From an uncultured virus (IMG/VR IMGVR_UViG_3300027730_000821) (taxonomy: Duplodnaviria; Heunggongvirae; Uroviricota; Caudoviricetes): DNA of 64,000 bases. A program made the translations under genes and the position numbers. Below the pieces are notes generated by a model, which saw only the letters and a list, made by a program, of their open reading frames with translations, made no database searches and was not told the origin of the DNA. Location of the stretch: positions 1-64,000 of IMG/VR virus record IMGVR_UViG_3300027730_000821; one strand, 5' to 3'. Positions 30,628-40,357 of the stretch are shown one piece after another; positions within the stretch are counted from its first letter, which is position 1, and the number at the start of each line of letters is the position of its first letter.

Positions 30628-31107
30628 ATGCGAGCGCACGAATTTTTAACTGAACACCAAATGGACAACGTAAATGGTTGGGGAGCTACCTCTAACAACC
30701 AAAACGTTGATTATATGGGGCTGCGTGTCCGTATGCGTCCATCAGTTTTCCTCAAGTTGGCCGCACGCCTGACAGAACCAACTAGTTCAAAAGCTATCTT
30801 GCAACATCTAGAACAAGGTGGAAAACTTGCTGCTCCGTTTCTATTGATAGACATACCTGAAGAATGGGAAGACGGTGATCTTTCTCGTCCTGCTAGAGTT
30901 TCAGGACACGAAGGTAGAAACCGAATGATCGCCTTACAAGATTTAGAAGGAACACAGGTTCAAGAAGTGCATATCTTCCCTAGACAATATCGTAATCGTC
31001 ACATGACTCCAGAATGGATAGAAAAATTGAACAGCCAGTTATATCCAGAGAGAAGTGCAGACCCCATTCAAGGTCCTTTTTGGCGAGAATTGATAAAAAA
31101 GGCTTGA
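30628..31107 (+). CDS. ParB/Srx-like hypothetical protein
   Basis: 'MRAHEFLTE' leader; 'VSGHEGRNRM'. Confidence 0.5.
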   Translation: MRAHEFLTEHQMDNVNGWGATSNNQNVDYMGLRVRMRPSVFLKLAARLTEPTSSKAILQHLEQGGKLAAPFLLIDIPEEWEDGDLSRPARVSGHEGRNRMIALQDLEGTQVQEVHIFPRQYRNRHMTPEWIEKLNSQLYPERSADPIQGPFWRELIKKA

Positions 31108-31132
31108 CTTCGGAAACTAAGTTTGCTATAGT
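31104..31132 (+). promoter_or_regulatory. Sigma70-like promoter
   Basis: TTGACT-N17-TATAGT. Confidence 0.55.
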
Positions 31133-31187
31133 AAATTTACTAAGAGCATTTCGCTTCACTTTGATAAATAATACAAAGGATTAAGAC

Positions 31188-31514
31188 ATGAAGATTAACG
31201 AATTGCTTAATGAATCGGCACACGACGATTGGGATGAAGAAGAAGCTCCCGATCCTGAACAGGACAAGATTCCTCATATTGTTATGCAGCTTAGGAAAGC
31301 ACTTAACCTTAAGAACTATCCTATCACGTTTAAGGACGGTAGCAAATCTATAATTCCTCGCCACATCATTCAACAATTCCTGAATCGGTACTCCAAAATG
31401 ATACCTTCAGATCGTGAAGTAATGCAAGAACTGGCTTCACAGAGCCTCGAAAAGTTCAACGAAGTTCTTGCTACTTTCTCAGCACCCCCTGCACCGAAAA
31501 GCATCTATTCCTAA
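31188..31514 (+). CDS. Hypothetical (putative head-internal) protein
   Basis: 'MKINELLNE' leader; ATAAATA and AAGGA upstream. Confidence 0.65.
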   Translation: MKINELLNESAHDDWDEEEAPDPEQDKIPHIVMQLRKALNLKNYPITFKDGSKSIIPRHIIQQFLNRYSKMIPSDREVMQELASQSLEKFNEVLATFSAPPAPKSIYS

Positions 31515-31539
31515 ATCTATTCGTGTTCCTATCAACTAG

Positions 31540-31571
31540 AAAGTGTCTCGGTGAAAACTGAGACACTTTTT
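31540..31571 (+). terminator. Rho-independent terminator
   Basis: AAAGTGTCTCGGT-GAAA-ACTGAGACACTTT plus T-run. Confidence 0.8.
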
Positions 31572-31701
31572 AAATGGCTACCGCAAAAAGGGCACCGGCA
31601 TTATCCCAATCACCCGATAAAAATTTACAACAGCATGGGCCAATGCTATATACTATTACTGACTATCGATAATCGTAGTCAGATTTAAACAAAGGAAAAG
31701 C

Positions 31702-32265
31702 ATGAAGAATCTATTTACAATCGCAGCGGCTATGTCGCTAGTTGCCTTTACTACCCCTGCTTTAGCAGAACCGATGGTGACAGGTGAAGTTCATTTTGGT
31801 GATGCACGGGGCGGTGCCCGTGCTGATTCGACTGAATATAGGGTCGAAGCCTGGGATACTATTGGAAAGGTTAATGTCGGAGCTGAGCTTCAAGCTAACC
31901 AAGCTGCTCGTGAAGGTGAGCTCCAAGCTGCCTTTTCTGTCAAGGCAGGAGTCGACGGTCCGTCTTACTTCGGCGTCCAAACTGCTGTATACGGCGAATT
32001 GGGGGGAGTTCTCGCTGATGGTAACAACGGTGAGTTTTGGGGTGCTGGCGTGAAGCTTACTAGGCCTATATTTGGTCCAGTGTCAGTGGTTGCTGGATAT
32101 CGTCATCGTGAAGGATTTGCGAATGACTACCTCAATGAAGATCGTTTGAATCTCGGACTTTCTTATGCATTTAGTGACAAGACCTCATTTGGTGCAGGAT
32201 ACTATCGTACTCGAGGTACTTTCGATAACGAAACTGTCGGTGTTTCGGTAACTCGTAATTTCTAA
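31702..32265 (+). CDS. Outer-membrane beta-barrel protein
   Basis: Signal peptide ending 'PALA', alternating amphipathic strands, C-terminal Phe. Confidence 0.75.
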   Translation: MKNLFTIAAAMSLVAFTTPALAEPMVTGEVHFGDARGGARADSTEYRVEAWDTIGKVNVGAELQANQAAREGELQAAFSVKAGVDGPSYFGVQTAVYGELGGVLADGNNGEFWGAGVKLTRPIFGPVSVVAGYRHREGFANDYLNEDRLNLGLSYAFSDKTSFGAGYYRTRGTFDNETVGVSVTRNF

Positions 32266-32333
32266 ATAGACTAACGGAGTGGCGGCAATTAACATTGTCG
32301 CCATTTCCATATCTAATGATAAATATATATATT

Positions 32334-33047
32334 ATGAGAGCTACTGAATTCATCACCGAACGTAAGCGTAAAAGAAAAAAGCCCGGGAAAAAGGCGTATG
32401 GAGGATATTTCTATCCAGGGTATACCTTTTTTGGCGTTAGTGATTCGGGCGAGTCAGGTGGCGGGGGCGATGGCGGGGGCGGAGAGAGCATCAACGAGGC
32501 GCCAGAGTTAGAGTTAGCCAAAAGACTCCCCTCACTCGCAAAGCATGATTATAATGCGATTGACACATTGATGAAAAAAATTGCTCGTAAGCACAAAATC
32601 ACCAGCAAAGCATTACATGACTTGTTTAAAAAGAAATTCAAATCTACACCTGATCATTGGATAAAAAATAAGCTAAACGAGACAACTAGTGAAATTGATT
32701 TAGCTGATGAAGTGCAGAAGTTTGCCAATTGGGCCAGCAAGAAAATTAACCTACAGAATCCTGTAAAAATCGAATTAAGTATGGACACCGAAGAGGCCCA
32801 AACCAACCATCATACCGGCGGTCATACGCCAGGTGCCGACAGTATCTGGGTCTATGCTAAGAATCGTAATCTGGTAGACATATTGAGAACCACCTTTCAC
32901 GAACTCGTACACGTAAGACAAGGTGAGCTTAACATGATCAAGCCAGATTCCAGTTATCCCGGTAGTCCTATTGAGGCGATGGCAGACCTCTTAGCCGGAA
33001 AATACATCAAGATATATGGCGCAGATCACAATTATATCTTCCAATAG
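32334..33047 (+). CDS. Protein with C-terminal HExxH metallopeptidase-like domain
   Basis: 'MRATEFITE' leader (ATG 32334); 'RTTFHELVHVRQ...SPIEAMAD'. Confidence 0.65.
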   Translation: MRATEFITERKRKRKKPGKKAYGGYFYPGYTFFGVSDSGESGGGGDGGGGESINEAPELELAKRLPSLAKHDYNAIDTLMKKIARKHKITSKALHDLFKKKFKSTPDHWIKNKLNETTSEIDLADEVQKFANWASKKINLQNPVKIELSMDTEEAQTNHHTGGHTPGADSIWVYAKNRNLVDILRTTFHELVHVRQGELNMIKPDSSYPGSPIEAMADLLAGKYIKIYGADHNYIFQ

Positions 33048-33124
33048 TATTGGGCACACTGCTCAATAAAAACCTTGACTTGCTTTGCTGTTGCTATATA
33101 CTGAACAGACTAGAAGGAGTAAAC

Positions 33125-33382
33125 ATGTCTAGAGTATTCAATTCCGAAGCTAAACTAAAACTAACTAACTTAGTCCATGAAGGTATGGGTGTATTACAAG
33201 AGGTTGAGGCATTAAACGAAGGCCTCAATGACACAATTAAGGCAATCGCTGAGGAACTTGAGATCAAGCCAAGCACTCTCAAGAAAGCGATTAAAGTGGC
33301 TCATAAGGCTCGTTTGAATGAGACGAATGACGAAAACGCTGAACTAAATAATATCTTGGAGACTGTTGGTCGTACTGATTAA
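33125..33382 (+). CDS. Small helical DNA-binding protein (T4 DsbA/GapR-like, tentative)
   Basis: AAGGAG RBS before ATG 33125; 'IKAIAEELEIKPSTLKKAIKVAHK'. Confidence 0.5.
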   Translation: MSRVFNSEAKLKLTNLVHEGMGVLQEVEALNEGLNDTIKAIAEELEIKPSTLKKAIKVAHKARLNETNDENAELNNILETVGRTD

Positions 33383-35580
33383 TGTATATTGATGCGATAT
33401 TAGATAGCAATTCTGACCGCATTCGTGTAGTTGAGCGGGGCGCCGACGGGAAACGAGCGTATAAAGAATATCATACCAATTATGTTCTTTATTACCAGGA
33501 TCCTAAAGGGAAGCATCGCTCTATCTACGGTGATCCTGTAACTCGCTTCTCTAGCCGTAAACGCAGTGAGTTCGAAAAAGAGCGCAGGATTCATTCTAAT
33601 AAAAAGCTTTTCGAAAGTGATGTCAACGTAATTTTCAGATGTTTGTCTGAAAACTACCTAAGAGCAGAACCTCCAAAGCTTCACACTTGTTTCTTCGATA
33701 TTGAAGTGGACTTTGATCCTGAAAAGGGTTTCAGTCCAACTTCAGATCCATTCAATCCAGTAACAGCGATCAGTTGTTATCTAGATTGGTTGGATCAGCT
33801 TGTTACGTTAGTTATTCCACCGAAACACATGACGGATGAGACTGCCCAAGAACTGATCAAAGATTTCCCGAACACTTTCCTATATCGCAGTGAGATAGAA
33901 ATGTTCGAGACATTTTTTGATCTGATCGAAGATGCAGATGTATTGACTGGTTGGAACTCAGAAGGATACGACATTCCATATATGGTAAATCGTATTACTC
34001 GTGTGATGTCTAAAGATGATACTCGCAAGTTCTGCCTCATGGGACAACTACCAAAGACTCGCACATACGAGAGATTCGGTAAAGAAGAACAGACCTATGA
34101 TCTAGTTGGTAGAATTCATATGGACTATCTTCAATTGTATAAGAAGTATAACTACGAGTCACGACATAGTTATTCACTCGATGCTATCGGTGAATATGAA
34201 CTAGGCGAGCGCAAGACTCAGTATGAGGGCACACTGGATCAATTGTACAACCGAGACTTCAAAACTTTCGTAGAATACAACAGGCAAGACACTATGCTTG
34301 TATTCAAGATCCACAACAAACTCAAATTTCTTGATCTTGCGAATGCACTAGCGCATGAAAACACAGTACTGCTACCAACTGTTATGGGTTCGGTGGCCAT
34401 GATTGAAATGGCAGTTTATAATGAAGCACATGAACGAGGATTTATCGTCCCTGACAAGAAGCGTAGGGATTCGTTTAGTGACGGACAACAAGCAGCAGGT
34501 GCATATGTTGCTGTACCGAAGACGGGGATTCACGAATACGTCGGCGCAGTTGATATCAACTCACTCTACCCCTCTGCCATCAGAGCCCTTAACATGGCTC
34601 CAGAAACTATTATCGGGCAGGTTCGTCAAACACTTACTGATCAGTATATGCATGAAAAGAGTATTGCTCTTGCTAAAGAAAAGCGTAAGAAAAAGAACGG
34701 CGACGATGCAGAAGCTGTGATTGGTGCTATTCTTTGGGAAAACCTATTCGGTTCATTAGAATATACCGCTATCATGAACCAAGAACGCGGCACTATGCTC
34801 ACCATCGATTATGAAGATGGTCGATCAAAAGAGATGTCTGCTGCTGAAATTTGGAAGATGATTTTTGATAGTCACAAGCCTTATATGCTATCGGCGAACG
34901 GGACCATCTTTACCTATGAGAAAGAAGGCATTATTCCCGGATTGCTCTCACGTTGGTATTCTGAACGTAAAATACTTCAGAAGCAAGCTAAAGAAGCGTA
35001 TGGCACTGATATGTACGAATATTATGACAAGCGACAGCTTGTTCGTAAGATTTTGCTTAACTCTGCATACGGCGCGCTTCTCAATGAGCATTGTAGGTTC
35101 TATGATAAGCGTATCGGGCAGTCAGTTACGTTGTCCGGTAGACAGATCGTAAAGCACATGATGAGTCAGATCAACGAGACTATCACCGAAAAATATCAAC
35201 ATGACGGTGATGCAATCGTATACGGTGACAGTGTTACTGGTGATTCTATTATTAGAACAACCGATGGTGATAAAACAATAGCGCAACTTTTTGATGAGTG
35301 CATTGAGCATTCAGTTGTGGGTGAAAAAGAGTATGGAGTATGGAATGATTCCACTGTGCTTGGATTTAATTCACATGATATGCAACCTACTGGGGCAAAA
35401 ATTAGTTACGTTATGCGACATAAAACTAGGAAAAAACTTTATAAAATCACAACAGAGAACGGGAAACAGGTAACTGTCACTGAAGATCATAGTATAATGG
35501 TCGATCGGGATGGATTCTTAGTAGAATGTAAACCTAATGAAATTCTTGAAACTGATGGAATTATTACTTTTGTGCCATAA
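33382..35580 (+). CDS. DNA polymerase B, N-terminal part fused to split-intein N-fragment
   Basis: Exo motifs 'FDIEV', 'GWNSEGYDIPY', 'YNRQD'; 'DINSLYPS'; 'KILLNSAYG'; 'YGD|SVTGD' intein start at 35230; block B 'VTVTEDHSIM'. Confidence 0.93.
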   Translation: MYIDAILDSNSDRIRVVERGADGKRAYKEYHTNYVLYYQDPKGKHRSIYGDPVTRFSSRKRSEFEKERRIHSNKKLFESDVNVIFRCLSENYLRAEPPKLHTCFFDIEVDFDPEKGFSPTSDPFNPVTAISCYLDWLDQLVTLVIPPKHMTDETAQELIKDFPNTFLYRSEIEMFETFFDLIEDADVLTGWNSEGYDIPYMVNRITRVMSKDDTRKFCLMGQLPKTRTYERFGKEEQTYDLVGRIHMDYLQLYKKYNYESRHSYSLDAIGEYELGERKTQYEGTLDQLYNRDFKTFVEYNRQDTMLVFKIHNKLKFLDLANALAHENTVLLPTVMGSVAMIEMAVYNEAHERGFIVPDKKRRDSFSDGQQAAGAYVAVPKTGIHEYVGAVDINSLYPSAIRALNMAPETIIGQVRQTLTDQYMHEKSIALAKEKRKKKNGDDAEAVIGAILWENLFGSLEYTAIMNQERGTMLTIDYEDGRSKEMSAAEIWKMIFDSHKPYMLSANGTIFTYEKEGIIPGLLSRWYSERKILQKQAKEAYGTDMYEYYDKRQLVRKILLNSAYGALLNEHCRFYDKRIGQSVTLSGRQIVKHMMSQINETITEKYQHDGDAIVYGDSVTGDSIIRTTDGDKTIAQLFDECIEHSVVGEKEYGVWNDSTVLGFNSHDMQPTGAKISYVMRHKTRKKLYKITTENGKQVTVTEDHSIMVDRDGFLVECKPNEILETDGIITFVP

Positions 35581-35589
35581 CGCATAAAT

Positions 35590-35616
35590 ATATGCTGATA
35601 GGAGTATCAGCATATG
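35590..35616 (+). promoter_or_regulatory. RBS-sequestering hairpin of polymerase-embedded endonuclease
   Basis: ATATGCTGATA-GGAG-TATCAGCATAT 11-bp perfect stem just after ATAAATA. Confidence 0.7.
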
Positions 35617-36576
35617 ATAAAGTGTTTAGAATGTGGAATGGAAACTAGTAGACTACAGTGGACTCATTTTAAGTATAACTGCACAGGTAAATTTTCTAAT
35701 TCCAAAGAATACAAGTTGGCATATCCTCAAGCCGTGTTAGTATCAGCGGATGTTGCCGCAAAAACGGCTATTACAAAAGAGAGATTGATTGAAAAGTATG
35801 GGATAGAAGAGGGTACGATTCGATGGAACCAATACAAAGTTAAACAAGCGGATTCTAATTCATTTGAGTACAAACGTAAAAAACACGGATGGACAGTTGA
35901 ACAGTATAATGAGTATAATTCGTCTAGGGCACAGACCTTAGAAAAAATGATTGCCCGTCATGGGGAAAAGTTAGGTACTACTAAGTGGCTAGCGTATTGT
36001 GAACGACAAGCATACACCAATAGTAAAACCTATTTCGTTAACAAGTATGGAACTGAAGAGGGTACGTCTAGATTTCTACAGTTAAATATCGAAAAAGGTA
36101 GCTCATTTAATCCGCAATTAGTAGCAACTAAATTGGGAATATCCCTTGATGAAGCGGTCACACTAATTTTAAACCGGGTAGTATATCCCGGTAATATTTG
36201 GGGTTCCAACATAGAAAAAGAATTTACGACCATGCTGATTGACAATTATGGATCATTAGAGTATACTACGTTTACTAGACCCTACGGAAGATGGTCTTCT
36301 TTCTTAGGAACATATGTGATATACGATATAAAACACAAAGACTGTATAATTGAATTTAACGGTGATTACTGGCATGCGAATCCGTCTTTATATAAAAATG
36401 ATGCAGTTATTCGGGGTCGTACTGCATTAGAGATTCAAGAATATGATAGTAAAAAATTGAAGACAGCAACTGATCTTGGGTTTCGCACGTATACGGTGTG
36501 GGAATCTGAATTTAAATTAGATAAACAAAATACAATTAATAAGGTGAAAGCATGGATGCAGAGTGGACAAAAATAA
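35614..36576 (+). CDS. Vsr/DUF559-like putative homing endonuclease between split-intein halves
   Basis: N-terminal CxxC..H, repeated 'KYG.EEG..RW' units, 'YD...IIEFNGDYWHANP...G.....VWE'. Confidence 0.8.
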   Translation: MIKCLECGMETSRLQWTHFKYNCTGKFSNSKEYKLAYPQAVLVSADVAAKTAITKERLIEKYGIEEGTIRWNQYKVKQADSNSFEYKRKKHGWTVEQYNEYNSSRAQTLEKMIARHGEKLGTTKWLAYCERQAYTNSKTYFVNKYGTEEGTSRFLQLNIEKGSSFNPQLVATKLGISLDEAVTLILNRVVYPGNIWGSNIEKEFTTMLIDNYGSLEYTTFTRPYGRWSSFLGTYVIYDIKHKDCIIEFNGDYWHANPSLYKNDAVIRGRTALEIQEYDSKKLKTATDLGFRTYTVWESEFKLDKQNTINKVKAWMQSGQK

Positions 36577-37535
36577 AAAAGGTAGAATGTCTTGGTGAAG
36601 TTGATGACTATGTATACGACTTGAGTATTGTAGATAGTGATCCGTTTTTCTTTGCAAATGATATCCTAGTTCATAACACTGATAGCTGTTATTTCAGTGC
36701 ATATCACGCGATCAAACCACAGATCGATAAGGGTGAGATTGAATGGAACAAGGAAGTATGCATCCAATTATACGATAATATTGCTGATATCGCAAACGAT
36801 AGTTTTCCAGGCTTCATGGAGAAGGCATTTCATTGTCCCCGCAAGAACGGTGAGATCATCAAAGCTGGTCGTGAACTGATCGGGGATCGTACTCTATTCA
36901 TCACAAAGAAGCGTTATGCAATCAATATCTTTGATAAAGAAGGCAAGCGTAAAGATGTGAATGGTAAGATGGGTGAGATCAAGGCTATGGGTCTTGACTT
37001 GAAACGAGCAGATACTCCTAAGTATGTTCAGACGTTCTTGATGGAAGTACTTGAGCAGGTATTGGGTGGCGTTCCTCGCGCCGAAGTTATCACTAAGATC
37101 AGAGAATTCAAGACTTGGCTTTCTGAACAAGATAGTTGGACTAAAGGTTCTCCTAAGTCAGTTAACAATCTTACTAAACATACGATCAAGTATGAGAAGA
37201 CCGGTCAGTGTAGTGTTGGACATGCGAAAGCTGCTATCAATTATAACTACTTGCGTAAGATGAACGGTGACCAGTATAGTCAGAAGATCGTAGATGGTAT
37301 GAAGGTTGTTGTGTGTACTCTCAAATCAAATCCATTAGGGTTGACTTCGATTGCATATCCAACTGATGAGCTTAGGCTACCACAATGGTTCCTTGAACTT
37401 CCTTTTGATGATAATGAAATGGAACGTAAGCTAGTCGATGAGAAAATCGATAACCTATTAGGTGTACTTGACTGGGATATCAGAACAGATACTAACACTA
37501 ACAGTACATTCAGTGATCTGTTCAGTTTCGGTTAA
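36552..37535 (+). CDS. Split-intein C-fragment (42 aa) fused to DNA polymerase B C-terminal part
   Basis: 'YVYDLSI...FFFANDILVHN|TDSCYF' restores YGDTDS; 'KKRYA', 'MGLDLKRADTP'. Confidence 0.93.
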   Translation: MDAEWTKIKKVECLGEVDDYVYDLSIVDSDPFFFANDILVHNTDSCYFSAYHAIKPQIDKGEIEWNKEVCIQLYDNIADIANDSFPGFMEKAFHCPRKNGEIIKAGRELIGDRTLFITKKRYAINIFDKEGKRKDVNGKMGEIKAMGLDLKRADTPKYVQTFLMEVLEQVLGGVPRAEVITKIREFKTWLSEQDSWTKGSPKSVNNLTKHTIKYEKTGQCSVGHAKAAINYNYLRKMNGDQYSQKIVDGMKVVVCTLKSNPLGLTSIAYPTDELRLPQWFLELPFDDNEMERKLVDEKIDNLLGVLDWDIRTDTNTNSTFSDLFSFG

Positions 37536-37543
37536 CAACATCC

Positions 37544-37572
37544 TTGACAATCGTAATAACTTCCGATATTAT
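37544..37572 (+). promoter_or_regulatory. Sigma70-like promoter
   Basis: TTGACA-N17-TATTAT. Confidence 0.6.
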
Positions 37573-37611
37573 ACACATTATAGATACCTAAATACTACAA
37601 AGGAAAAAGAA

Positions 37612-38343
37612 ATGAAGGATTATCTGCTTGATTTGATCCAACACACTCATGGTCTGGGTGTTGTTGATCTCGTAAAGATTGTCGGTACTGATACAGAAAC
37701 ATTAGTTTCTGCGGTATCAGACGACAAGACTGTTATTGTTAACGGCACGTTTAAGGCCCCGATCGCAGAATTTATTGGTACCTTCGGCATGCCTAATTTG
37801 TCGAAGTTGAGGACTATCTTGTCGTTCGATGACTACGACGACACTTCTACTATCAACGTGGGGCGAGGAACTAAGGAAGATCCACAAGCTCCTGCAAGTA
37901 TTCACTTCGAAACGAAAACGGGTGATTTCGTTAATGACTATCGGCTGATGTCAAAGACATTGGTCGAAGACAAGATCAAGAAAGTAACATTCAATGGCGC
38001 AGGCTGGGACGTTTCGTTCGATCCTAGTATAGCTGGTGTCCAGCGTCTTAAGAAGCAGTCGTCAGTTCACAGTGAAGACCTTCATTTCAAAACTAAGACA
38101 GAAAACAACAATTTAGTTGTGTACTTTGGTGATCCGTCTTCACACTCTGGCAATTTTGTATTTCAGTCGGGTGTCTCTGGAAGTCTTGCACGGCCTTGGA
38201 ATTGGCCCGTGAAGGTGTTTCTTGCCATTATGGATCTTCCCGGTGACAAGACCGTCAGTTTTTCTGATCAGGGTGTTGCTCAGATTGTGGTTGATAACCC
38301 AATCTCTAAGTATCACTATTATCTTCCCGCACAGGCTAAGTAA
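37612..38343 (+). CDS. Putative sliding clamp (gp45-like)
   Basis: About 243 aa from ATG 37612 (AAGGA RBS), beta/alpha pattern, ends 'YHYYLPAQ'; sits after the polymerase and a clamp loader is present. Confidence 0.5.
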   Translation: MKDYLLDLIQHTHGLGVVDLVKIVGTDTETLVSAVSDDKTVIVNGTFKAPIAEFIGTFGMPNLSKLRTILSFDDYDDTSTINVGRGTKEDPQAPASIHFETKTGDFVNDYRLMSKTLVEDKIKKVTFNGAGWDVSFDPSIAGVQRLKKQSSVHSEDLHFKTKTENNNLVVYFGDPSSHSGNFVFQSGVSGSLARPWNWPVKVFLAIMDLPGDKTVSFSDQGVAQIVVDNPISKYHYYLPAQAK

Positions 38344-38720
38344 TGATCAAGACCGTCGTTGGTAATAGATATATAACGGTCGAGGGGGGGTCTCCGGGAG
38401 GAACTTACTTCACTCACTCGTCGAGTGCTTTGGGCGCGGGGAATGTGCGATGGAATACTAACTTTCAATGGTTTGAAGTATACGATGGTATATCTTGGAT
38501 ATCGATTGTGCAAGGGCATACTAGTGTGAGTCTAACTCCTGAAGCGGCGAATATCCTTGATTGGGCTAAGAAAAAGATGCATGAAGAAACTGAACTTGAT
38601 AGATTAGCAAAACACAATCCTACTATCGCTGGCTTAATCGAACAGAAAAAAAATCTTGATGACAAGATCAAGATGGTACAAATCTTAGTTAGAGAAGAGC
38701 CGAAATTTGGAACAAATTAA
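38343..38720 (+). CDS. Hypothetical protein
   Basis: 125 aa, TAATG overlap. Confidence 0.6.
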   Translation: MIKTVVGNRYITVEGGSPGGTYFTHSSSALGAGNVRWNTNFQWFEVYDGISWISIVQGHTSVSLTPEAANILDWAKKKMHEETELDRLAKHNPTIAGLIEQKKNLDDKIKMVQILVREEPKFGTN

Positions 38721-40293
38721 TCTCTCGGCGTCACATGATCCAGAATGGGCCCTATTCTTACCTGCACTGAGTAGTTTCTTTATATCCGGATTGGGTAAAC
38801 AAGAAGTAGAAGGTAACTATTTTCCAACAGAAAGAGTCCCGAGTGGATTAAAAAACACTAATAGACTAAACTTTCTTGACGAAAAAAATGGCATTTTTAG
38901 TTATAAATGGGTACTATACAGCGCAGGACATGCTGATTTAGTAAATTATAAAACTAATCCCAACGAACATCTAGTTGTTAATAGAGACCGTAATAACACA
39001 TTTATGTTAGCAGACTCGGGAGGGTTTCAAATATTAAAGTGTCAGTGGCCCGCTGACTGGAAGAACCCTAGCTGTCCCCGTGCGATGAAGAAGCGCACAG
39101 AAGTTCTTAAGTGGATGGACGACAATGCTGACTATGGCATGTGTCTTGATATTCCATCACAGTCTCTTACGACTTATCACATTGAAGATCCAAAAACTCA
39201 GAAAAAAGACCCGGTAACTAAAAAGCCTATACCGGGTACGGGTATATCTATGCATGGCATTGCAACTATTCAAGATGCTATCACCGCTACCCATATCAAC
39301 AATGAGTATTTTGTTGCTAATCGTGACGGTCGTTGCAAGTTTCTAAACGTTCTACAGGGTCGCAATCATACTCAGTCAGACGTTTGGTATGAAGAGATGA
39401 AGAAGTACTGCGATACAACAGTGTACGGAGATCGTGCATTCAATGGTTGGGCATTCGGCGGCCAAAACAAGATCGATATCCACCTGATGCTCAAGCGTCT
39501 TGTTGGCATCATTCATGATGGTTATCTTGAAGAAGGTAAGCAGGACTTAGTTCACTGTCTTGGAACTTCGATTATGGAATATGCGGTATTGTTTACTGAT
39601 ATCCAGAAAGCAATACGTAAGTATCACAATCCTAAACTACAGATCACCTTTGACTGTGCTAGTCCGTTCTTTGCGGCTGCTAAGGGTCTTGCTTACAACA
39701 ACAATACGTTTGAGCATGATAAGAAATGGGCGTATGCAATGGAGAAGACTGCTGAAAACAAGAAGTATGCAACAGATACTCGCAAGTTCAGTGACGGTGT
39801 ATTAGCTGATGGTATTCATATGTTGTTTACTGACAGTCCGGTAACTGATCTATTAACTGTGAAAGACATTTGCTATCGCGGACAAGGATTCTTGGGTCAG
39901 CATGGCAAAGAGACCAAGACTAGTTGGGATACATTGAGTTATACATTGATTCAGGCTCACAACGTTTACCAGCATATGAGTGCTGTTCAAGAAGCTAATC
40001 GCAGGTATGAAACTGGGGTCAAACCTAAGATGGTTATGGATCCTCTCGGACACCTTAAATTTGCTGACATTGTTGATGAGATTTTTTCTCTGAAGGATCG
40101 TCAAAAAAGTCTTGACATGATCGACAATTATGATACATTTTGGCAGCAGATTAAAGCTGGTCAAGGTTTCTCAGGTAAGAAAACCGTCAACGCACAAACG
40201 ATGTTCAGTCAATTGTTCACTATAGAAGAGGAACCAGAGATCGAAGAAGTCGTTGAAGATAGCGACGATGCGATTTTGGAAGTACTAGATTGA
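38707..40293 (+). CDS. dpdA: TGT/DpdA-family guanine transglycosylase-like protein
   Basis: 'LADSGGFQ', 'CLDIP', 'NVLQG', 'AFGG', 'VHCLG', 'TFDCASP' follow TGT motif order; folE/queD/queE nearby. Confidence 0.75.
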   Translation: MEQINLSASHDPEWALFLPALSSFFISGLGKQEVEGNYFPTERVPSGLKNTNRLNFLDEKNGIFSYKWVLYSAGHADLVNYKTNPNEHLVVNRDRNNTFMLADSGGFQILKCQWPADWKNPSCPRAMKKRTEVLKWMDDNADYGMCLDIPSQSLTTYHIEDPKTQKKDPVTKKPIPGTGISMHGIATIQDAITATHINNEYFVANRDGRCKFLNVLQGRNHTQSDVWYEEMKKYCDTTVYGDRAFNGWAFGGQNKIDIHLMLKRLVGIIHDGYLEEGKQDLVHCLGTSIMEYAVLFTDIQKAIRKYHNPKLQITFDCASPFFAAAKGLAYNNNTFEHDKKWAYAMEKTAENKKYATDTRKFSDGVLADGIHMLFTDSPVTDLLTVKDICYRGQGFLGQHGKETKTSWDTLSYTLIQAHNVYQHMSAVQEANRRYETGVKPKMVMDPLGHLKFADIVDEIFSLKDRQKSLDMIDNYDTFWQQIKAGQGFSGKKTVNAQTMFSQLFTIEEEPEIEEVVEDSDDAILEVLD

Positions 40294-40357
40294 ATAAAAC
40301 ACTTGCAATCGACACGACTCCGTGTTATATTAAAAATATGGTAGTGAGATATTACTA

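Noticed and set aside
35581..36551. Group I intron explaining the polymerase and ligase interruptions
   Set aside because: No room for a ribozyme core (gaps under 50 nt), and intein blocks flank both inserts.
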